From a bacterium (lineage in GTDB: Bacteria; Patescibacteriota; Minisyncoccia; Phycocordibacterales; UBA5272), in the NCBI GenBank assembly GCA_023267635.1, contig JAHFMX010000003.1:26139-90138 (forward strand): a stretch of 64,000 nt of DNA, in the 5' to 3' direction. This document shows, in pieces, positions 57,147 to 64,000 of this stretch (position 1 is the stretch's first letter; each line of letters opens with the position of its first letter). The position numbers were made by a program, and so were the translations under genes. The notes under the pieces were generated by a model. It saw only the letters and a list, made by a program, of their open reading frames with translations, ran no database searches and was not told the origin of the DNA.

Positions 57147-57213
57147 ACTACTTTAAATTTTGGAATTTGTACTATATGTGATGTAAATCTTTTTAGGATA
57201 GAATACGGCCACT

Positions 57214-57390
57214 ATGAAGCAGAAAATTAAGGCATTGTGGGTACTGTTAGCAGTTGTGGCGCTTGGCGTCTTTTTACTAAAGGCTAATCCATCTGCTGGA
57301 TCTCTTGCAGATGGACGCCCGTCCGCCGTAGGCGGATTAGGGGGAGGGTTCGTTTTAGGTCTTGATTTAGCAGGTGGATCAGCACTCTAA
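57214..57390 (+). pseudogene. 5' fragment of secD (copy 2)
   Basis: Identical to 46212-46388. Confidence 0.85.
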
Positions 57391-57555
57391 CTAAATAACC
57401 ATTGATTTTCTGAAACGAAAAGCACGACACCGAAGGTGTTGTGCTTTTTAATTTATTGCGCGTAGCTTTTCTTTAGGTATTAACTGCTTGGGTGTTGATG
57501 TATTGGTTAAAGTAGTGTACTCTCCTGTAAAGTACTAACTTTACAGGAGAGTACA

Positions 57556-57744
57556 ATGAAGGTTCGTAAGATGAAGCATAGGCTTCCCTCGATAACTGAT
57601 GTTATCTGCTACCGAGATAGGCACGGCGTAGTGACCAAGACGTGTCATAAAACTCCTCAAGGTCACTACATTACTACAATTGCAGTTGGTCCGCCTTCCA
57701 TGTCAACCAAAGAGGCTATACGGTTGGCAAAGTTGCAAACGTGA
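57556..57744 (+). CDS. Small basic hypothetical protein (copy 2)
   Basis: Identical to copy 1. Confidence 0.5.
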   Translation: MKVRKMKHRLPSITDVICYRDRHGVVTKTCHKTPQGHYITTIAVGPPSMSTKEAIRLAKLQT

Positions 57745-57848
57745 GGAGGATAATTGTTTACTTTGCGAGCGCGGACTACGTCCGCGCTTTTCTTTTTATC
57801 CCCACAAAATTATTGTATATAGAACGAATGTTCTAGTATACTTACACC

Positions 57849-58859
57849 ATGAACAAGAACATAAAAATACACACCCAATCCAGTGGCAAAAATGAGAAGC
57901 CTATTATTTATCAAGCTGCAAATGGTGCTGTTGAGCTGCGTATGGATATGAGTAAAGAGACAGTGTGGGCAAACCTCAATCAAATTGCAGATATTTTCAA
58001 TGTTCAGAAAGCAGCAGTTTCAAAACACCTTAAAAATATCTTTGAGTCTGGGGAGTTAGATCAGAGGGGAACTGTTTCCAAAATGGAAACAGTTCAAATT
58101 GAAGGAAAACGTTCAATTATTCGAGAAATTGAGTATTATAATCTTGACGCCCTTATTTCCGTTGGCTACAGAGTAAATTCAAAGCAGGCGACTGAATTCC
58201 GTAAATGGGCAACGAAGACTCTCAAGGAACATATTACAAAAGGGTATACGATTAATAAGAAAATGATAGGTAAAAACTGGGAAGAATTTTCTCATGCAGT
58301 AGAATCTGCTAAGAAATTCCTTCCTAAAGAATATCAGGCGCTCACAGGTGGACAGGCACTTGATTTGGCCGAACTCTTTGCTCGTACATGGCTATCACTT
58401 GATGCCTATGACAAACAGTCTCTTGTGATTAAGAAACCGACCAAGAAAAATGTAAAGCTCACTGCGAAGGAGTTACTCACCGCGCTTTCTGATCTGAAAT
58501 CAAAGCTCATTACAAAAGGTGAGGCAACAGAACTTTTTGCGACAGACAGACACAAGGAGAGTCTAGAAGGAATTGTTGGGAATGTCATGCAGTCACTTGG
58601 AGGAAAGTATGTATATGAGACTGTAGAAGCAAAAGCAGCACATTTGCTGTACTTTGTTGTGAAGAATCATCCATTTGTCGATGGCAATAAACGAAGCGGT
58701 GCGTTTGCCTTTGTGTGGTTTTTGTAAAAAACTAAATGTTTAGATGTCGGACGTATGACACCTGAAGCACTCACCGCACTCACACTTTTGGTTGCGGAAA
58801 GTAATCCTAGAGACAAGGAAAATATTGTAGCCCTTATTATGAAATTAATAGAGAGATAA
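57849..58859 (+). pseudogene. RhuM/Fic-Doc fusion with in-frame TAA (copy 2)
   Basis: Identical to copy 1, including the stop. Confidence 0.75.
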
Positions 58860-58954
58860 AACTTCCACTTTTCACGTTAATAGAAAAAGAAATGTTAAAG
58901 GCTACTATAAAGCGGCGCCTGTGCCGGTTTATATTGTTTATATTTATACACAGC

Positions 58955-58998
58955 CTCTACAAGGGTACCCCTTGCTAGCAAGGGGTACCCTTGTAGAG
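58955..58998. repeat. 44-bp perfect palindrome (copy 2)
   Basis: Identical to 47953-47996. Confidence 0.9.
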
Positions 58999-59023
58999 TG
59001 AATAGTGATAGAATTGGCGCACT

Positions 59024-60433
59024 ATGAAGCAGAAAATTAAGGCATTGTGGGTACTGGCAGTGGTTGTGGCGCTTGGCGTCTTTTTACTAAAAGGGGATAA
59101 AGATTTCGTTTTAGGTCTTGATTTAGCAGGTGGATCAGCTCTTACTTACAGAATTGAGACGTCATCTCTCCCAGAAGGCAGCGATGTTTCTGAAAGTGTA
59201 AACGCACTTCGAGATGTTGTTGAACGTCGAGTAAACCTCTTCGGTGTTACAGAAGCAGGTGTTATGACTTCATACAGTCGTCTTGCTTCTGAATGGAGAC
59301 TCGTTGTTGAACTTCCTGGTGTTACTGATGTCAAACAAGCGGCAACACTTATCGGAGAAACTCCTGTCCTTGATTTTCGTACAGCAAAGAAAGACTCTGT
59401 AGTTGGAACTTCTACAGCGGAATTTATTGCAGCGTACGAGCAAACCGCTCTTACTGGTAGATACCTTAAGCGCTCCGCTCTTGTCTTTGACCCAACTACT
59501 AATCGCCCGATGGTTGAACTTACGTTTGATGATACTGGTGCAAAACTTTTTGCACAGATCACTAAAGCAAATATTGGAAAACAAGTTGCTATCTTCCTAG
59601 ACGGCATGCCTATCTCTGTACCTACTGTTAATGAAGAAATTACAGGCGGGAAAGCCGTAATCTCAGGAACATTCACCATTGAAGAAGCTCGTGTATTAGT
59701 TGGAAGACTAAACGCTGGAGCACTTCCACTCCCAATCACACTCGCTGGAACATCAGTTGTTGGACCATCTCTCGGAGCTGTGTCTGTAGAGAAGGGTATC
59801 AATGCTGCTATTATCGGCTTCCTCCTCGTTTCAGCTTTCATGCTTCTTTGGTACCGTTTACCTGGACTTGTAGCGGTTGTAGCGCTCGTTTGTTACACCA
59901 TTATCAACCTTGTTGTGTTTAAGGTTGGAATTTCTCCTGCAATGATTATTATCACAGCTACATGTGTTGGATTAGCAATTGCTGTTCACAGATCAATACT
60001 ATTCGGTATTCCTGTTGCGTACGTTATTCTTGCCCTCATTCCAGGTGGACTTGTTCCAGTAACACTTACTGCAGCTGGAATTGCAGGGTTCATCATTTCA
60101 GTTGGTCTTGCAGTGGACGCAAACGTTCTCACATTTGAACGTATGAAAGAAGAGCTTCGAAACGGAAGAAGTCTTAAGGACGCAATCGATATTGGATTCA
60201 CGCGTGCGTGGACCTCAATCCGTGATTCGCATACAGCGGCTGTTATTGTGGCAGTTGTTCTCTACATGTTCGGAACATCAATCGTGAAAGGATTTGCGAT
60301 TACATTCTTCCTAGGAGCAATTCTTTCTCTTGTGTCTGCGCAAATGATTACTCGTGTATTCCTCGCGTCACTTGTTCCAGCAAAGTTGGGAAGATTTATG
60401 AGGTTCTTGTTTGGTAGCGGCTTTAGCAAATAA
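59024..60433 (+). CDS. secD: Protein translocase subunit SecD (copy 2)
   Basis: Identical to copy 1. Confidence 0.97.
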   Translation: MKQKIKALWVLAVVVALGVFLLKGDKDFVLGLDLAGGSALTYRIETSSLPEGSDVSESVNALRDVVERRVNLFGVTEAGVMTSYSRLASEWRLVVELPGVTDVKQAATLIGETPVLDFRTAKKDSVVGTSTAEFIAAYEQTALTGRYLKRSALVFDPTTNRPMVELTFDDTGAKLFAQITKANIGKQVAIFLDGMPISVPTVNEEITGGKAVISGTFTIEEARVLVGRLNAGALPLPITLAGTSVVGPSLGAVSVEKGINAAIIGFLLVSAFMLLWYRLPGLVAVVALVCYTIINLVVFKVGISPAMIIITATCVGLAIAVHRSILFGIPVAYVILALIPGGLVPVTLTAAGIAGFIISVGLAVDANVLTFERMKEELRNGRSLKDAIDIGFTRAWTSIRDSHTAAVIVAVVLYMFGTSIVKGFAITFFLGAILSLVSAQMITRVFLASLVPAKLGRFMRFLFGSGFSK

Positions 60434-60443
60434 TTAAATACGT

Positions 60444-61313
60444 ATGTTTATCGTCAAATACAAATCAATCTTTATCGGTCTCGCAGTTGTTCTTGTGCTT
60501 ACATCGTTTGCTCTTATGGCAAAGTTCGGCATTCGACAGGGAGTTGATTTCACAGGTGGAACAGTTATCGAAACAAGATACGTTGCTGATATGCCAGAGA
60601 CTATCGATGTCGCAGGATTGCAGGCACAGGACATTAGAAGTTTCAAAACAGGGACATCAACGTATAAGTTTATTTCTACAAAGTCATATGACGAACTTCG
60701 ACCTGTCCTTATCGAAGCTGTAGCGCAGGGAAAGTATATATATGAGGAGACACAGGTAAACACAGTTGGTCCAACCCTTGGTCTTGAGCTTAAAAGAAAA
60801 GCAGGTATCGCGATTGCGGTTGTGGTACTTGCTATTCTAGCCTTTATTGCTTTCTCATTCCGTGAAGTATCACGCCCAGTGTCATCATGGAAGTATGGAG
60901 TTATCGCGATGGTAACGCTCCTTCATGACATTATCGTGCCAACAGGAGTGTACGTCCTCCTCTCGTACTACTTTGGAGCAGAAATCGACACGCTCTTTGT
61001 AATCGCTCTCCTTACAATATTGGGTATTTCTATCTCTGACAAGATTGTGGTGTTCGACAGAATTCGTGAAAACCTTAAGAGTGGGAATATCAAAAACTTT
61101 GATGACGTTGTAGGGGTTAGTCTCAAGCAGACGTTTACTCGTTCAATCAATACATCAGTTACAGTGATCCTAGCTCTCGTAGCGTTATTCTACTTCGGCC
61201 CAGAGGCAACAAAGTTCTTCGCACTCACTCTTACCATTGGTATGATTGTGGGAACATATTCTTCAATCTTCGTAGCATCTCCTTTGCTTACGGTGTGGAA
61301 TAAGGGTAAGTAA
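60444..61313 (+). CDS. secF: Protein translocase subunit SecF (copy 2)
   Basis: Identical to copy 1. Confidence 0.97.
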   Translation: MFIVKYKSIFIGLAVVLVLTSFALMAKFGIRQGVDFTGGTVIETRYVADMPETIDVAGLQAQDIRSFKTGTSTYKFISTKSYDELRPVLIEAVAQGKYIYEETQVNTVGPTLGLELKRKAGIAIAVVVLAILAFIAFSFREVSRPVSSWKYGVIAMVTLLHDIIVPTGVYVLLSYYFGAEIDTLFVIALLTILGISISDKIVVFDRIRENLKSGNIKNFDDVVGVSLKQTFTRSINTSVTVILALVALFYFGPEATKFFALTLTIGMIVGTYSSIFVASPLLTVWNKGK

Positions 61314-61593
61314 ATAGCTAATAGCACACAGGAAATAGTGAATACAGTAAGCCGCCCCGTAGGGGCGGCTTTTGGTTTCTGTCAGGGCGCTAAGGCGAAC
61401 TACGGGGTTGGACCTTATAGTTCAATATCTCCGCATTGCGGTACGGTAACGATTTTGTCTATTCGGTGTTTGTTGTATATGCCATACTTTTAGTGTATAT
61501 GGAGCAGGTGGTGCTAAGGTGTGGGGGGGGTACGCCTTCATTGACAATGACTACATTCAGTGATATATTGAAATATATAGACAGGAGAAAAGT

Positions 61594-61797
61594 ATGCACA
61601 TTCCACAAGGGTTTGTTAAATTAGACGCAAGGCAAGTACGACTTGCTGGTTCTGTGGAAACTCCCGCATCTCTTGTTAGAGATGCGGGAAATGAGACAGT
61701 AGCCGTTGCGCTATTTAGGTTGCGAACCAAAATACGGGAAGGTCTCTCTTACGAAGAAGCAAAACCAATTTTTGATCAGCACACAAGTCTCCTTTAA
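61594..61797 (+). CDS. Small hypothetical protein
   Basis: TTGACA promoter-like site, AGGAG RBS, and terminator aagcacct..aggtgcttttt at 61808-61831. Confidence 0.6.
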   Translation: MHIPQGFVKLDARQVRLAGSVETPASLVRDAGNETVAVALFRLRTKIREGLSYEEAKPIFDQHTSLL

Positions 61798-61849
61798 AAG
61801 AGACCATAAGCACCTCGCGTAGGTGCTTTTTATTATATATACTAGTATC

Positions 61850-62029
61850 ATGTCACAGGATAAAATTATTCAAAATGAGATACTTCTCCAAGTTTTGTCG
61901 CTTACATTGGCAGAGATAAGGCATATGGGCAATACTGAGTCTCGGGTTCAGGAATTAGTTCAGTTGCGTCGCGATGTGTATTCTGGCAAAGTGGAAAATC
62001 CTCTGTTGGAGATTTCAAAATTACATTAA
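61850..62029 (+). CDS. Small helical protein, candidate antitoxin of the zeta toxin
   Basis: 59 aa after TATACT; stop 1 nt before the zeta start. Confidence 0.55.
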   Translation: MSQDKIIQNEILLQVLSLTLAEIRHMGNTESRVQELVQLRRDVYSGKVENPLLEISKLH

Positions 62030-62030
62030 T

Positions 62031-62813
62031 ATGGAAATGCTTGCGACCAATGAACTGGAATTTATTTTTAACACAAAAATATACCCAGAACTTATTTTTG
62101 AAAAAAGTAAGGGAATCAAAAAAGAAGCTGCAATTATTGGAGGCCAACCAGGAAGTGGAAAAAGTTCTGCTGTATCTTTACTGTTACAAGAAAATCCTAA
62201 TTTTGTATTTATAAATGGGGATGATTTCCGAGAATTTTTACCTGGATACGCAGAAATAATGAAATCGGATCCAGATAATGCTGCTGATTTATCGCAGTAT
62301 GCTGTAAATTTTTGGGTAGAAAAAGCCATTGATAGATGTTCTGAAGAGGAGCTAAATCTTATTGTTGAAGGAACTATGAGAGTTCCAGGAACGTCACTTA
62401 AAACAGCATTGATGCTGAAAGAAAGCGGCTATTCTATAACTTTTGTTTTAGTTTCAACCCCTTATGAATTATCGGTTGAAAGTATACGAGCGCGTTACAG
62501 CGAAGCTGTTACGTTATTCGGGGCAGGGAGAAGTGTAAAAATAGAAAGTCACAACGAAGCTTTTATTGGAATTAAAAGGACTATTCTGGTGCTCTTTAAT
62601 GCCAAGGTTGCAGAACGTTTTGTTGTGATAAACAGGTTGCAAAATTCCACATTGGAATTTAACGAATTCAATCCTGAAAATGAAACAGAAATACTAAATC
62701 AATTTAATAAAAATAGGGGAGATGTTCCAAATAGAGAAACCGCTCGTGAAATTGACCAAATTAACATAATTTCAAATGAAGGCAGGCCGCCGACAAAACC
62801 ATTAGGAAATTAA
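62031..62813 (+). CDS. Zeta toxin (PezT-like) P-loop kinase
   Basis: GGQPGSGKS, INGDDFR, VEGTMR and GRSV..H motifs. Confidence 0.88.
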   Translation: MEMLATNELEFIFNTKIYPELIFEKSKGIKKEAAIIGGQPGSGKSSAVSLLLQENPNFVFINGDDFREFLPGYAEIMKSDPDNAADLSQYAVNFWVEKAIDRCSEEELNLIVEGTMRVPGTSLKTALMLKESGYSITFVLVSTPYELSVESIRARYSEAVTLFGAGRSVKIESHNEAFIGIKRTILVLFNAKVAERFVVINRLQNSTLEFNEFNPENETEILNQFNKNRGDVPNRETAREIDQINIISNEGRPPTKPLGN

Positions 62814-62916
62814 TGTATGACCAAAGTCTGGCAAATTTTAAATCAAAAAAGTCCCTAGGGTTTCTTGGGAACACTTGTATATATTCAAGACTGTACAGTT
62901 CTTTTGGTATACTAGA

Positions 62917-63480
62917 ATGATGAACGATCACACAGCACTCATCGCAGCCCTTAATCATAATTTTGCTTTATTTACGCTTCTCGGTTTTATTTTTGTGGTT
63001 ATTTGGGTAGTTGATTTACTCTTTATTAAATTTGGATATTTACAAGGTAAAAAAAGAATATACGAACTCTTTGCAAAAAAAGCATTACCTCTAGGATTTT
63101 TCATTTCGCTATTTGCAATGATCGTTTCTCTCTACTACTCATACTATCTCCATATTCCAGCATGTGATCTTTGTTGGTTGCAGCGCATCTTTATCTATCC
63201 ATTGGTATTCATCTTCGGGTTGGCTTGGTATAAAAATGACACAAAGCTATTCGATTACATAATGATGCTTTCTGGGGTTGGATTTCTCATCGCGCTCTAT
63301 CATCATTATCTTCAGCTCGGATATGATCTTCTCGCACCATGTTCTACTGCGCCATTTGCTGTGGACTGTTCAACGCCAACATTCATTGAGTATGGATTTA
63401 TTACGTTTCCGTTCATGGCTGTTGTAACACTTTCTGTTACCTTCCTTCTTGCGTTTACTGCAAAAAGATTTGCAAAATAG
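62917..63480 (+). CDS. Disulfide bond formation protein (DsbB/BdbC family)
   Basis: PACDLCWLQRIFIYP, second Cys pair and GFITFPFMA; multiple TM helices. Confidence 0.9.
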   Translation: MMNDHTALIAALNHNFALFTLLGFIFVVIWVVDLLFIKFGYLQGKKRIYELFAKKALPLGFFISLFAMIVSLYYSYYLHIPACDLCWLQRIFIYPLVFIFGLAWYKNDTKLFDYIMMLSGVGFLIALYHHYLQLGYDLLAPCSTAPFAVDCSTPTFIEYGFITFPFMAVVTLSVTFLLAFTAKRFAK

Positions 63481-63562
63481 GGATTTTTGGAGATAGTTTT
63501 CTTGACAGGTCCTTCGCTTCTTTATATATTTGCGCTAGGCAAACTTTTTAGGAGACACAGCG

Positions 63563-64000
63563 ATGAAGCTCTTTTACATGTTTATTTTTATGGGCATGTT
63601 TTTAGGAAAAACAGCCTCTGCACAAATCCCGCAAGTTCCAGACGTTGGGTCTGTGTGGGAAAGTTTGATCACCTATGCACCTATTACAGAAGGTGATTCT
63701 GTGCGCCACAAGAATGAAGTTGTCATGGTTGATCGCTTGGTTGCTGGCCGACCAATTTTTGTAGGCGAAGTATTTGGGTATAAAGGTGAAATTATCGAAT
63801 CAACGGTGGGAACTGTTGTGTACACACATGACTGTAAAAATGATGTGCCAGCTGAAATGCTGATACCACCACCGATACCAAACCAATGTGTGTGGCATGT
63901 CTGCAGTGCCCCACCCGTCGGTAAAACCTTTACTCGCCCAATGATTTTCTTTGTTCCGCTCTTCGCGTGCCAGGGCAAAGTTGCTACCTACACCTTCACG
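63563..64000 (+). CDS. Secreted hypothetical protein (partial, runs off window)
   Basis: AGGAG RBS; MKLFYMFIFMGMFLGKTASA-Q signal peptide; open frame to the window end. Confidence 0.65.
   Translation, partial: MKLFYMFIFMGMFLGKTASAQIPQVPDVGSVWESLITYAPITEGDSVRHKNEVVMVDRLVAGRPIFVGEVFGYKGEIIESTVGTVVYTHDCKNDVPAEMLIPPPIPNQCVWHVCSAPPVGKTFTRPMIFFVPLFACQGKVATYTFT

Larger units (their letters stand above)
39500..61512. repeat. 11,002-bp tandem duplication (39500-50501 and 50502-61503) with 9-bp microhomology GCAGGTGGT
   Basis: All ORFs recur identically at +11002; GCAGGTGGT at 39500, 50502 and 61504. Confidence 0.95.

Noticed and set aside
61436..61624. 62-aa ORF spanning the duplication end
   Set aside because: TTG start with no RBS, overlaps the promoter of the next gene, and is truncated in copy 1.

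Overview
Chromosomal segment that looks like a Patescibacteria (CPR, probably Parcubacteria) genome. This assignment is inferred from reduced core genes, mostly leaderless starts, a tRNA-Ile(UAU) and CPR-style palindromic repeats; the standard code 11 is used. Positions 1-30.5 kb are mostly housekeeping: dCMP deaminase-dut-thyX-tmk, argS, T-box + ileS, recO, metG, tatD, rpsF-ssb-rpsR, ndk, rplT-rpmI-infC, tmRNA-smpB, ftsH and recG. This part also carries a candidate short 6S-like RNA and several small repeat families. Positions ~30.6-46.2 kb form a largely AT-rich accessory island. Its centre is an azole-type RiPP locus: SagB-type dehydrogenase, stand-alone YcaO and a 77-aa precursor with a signal-peptide-like leader and a microcin-B17-like Gly/Cys/Ser core. 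Around it are a PRTase/beta-propeller fusion, a cupin, two membrane-anchored paralogs, a degenerate SDR, a sodium:solute symporter and a PP-loop ATPase. An apparently exact 11,002-bp tandem duplication (39500-50501 / 50502-61503, 9-bp microhomology GCAGGTGGT) repeats the distal island, a RhuM/Fic gene and secDF. The window ends with a zeta-toxin pair, a DsbB-family gene and a partial secreted protein. All calls are by eye; no database searches were run.
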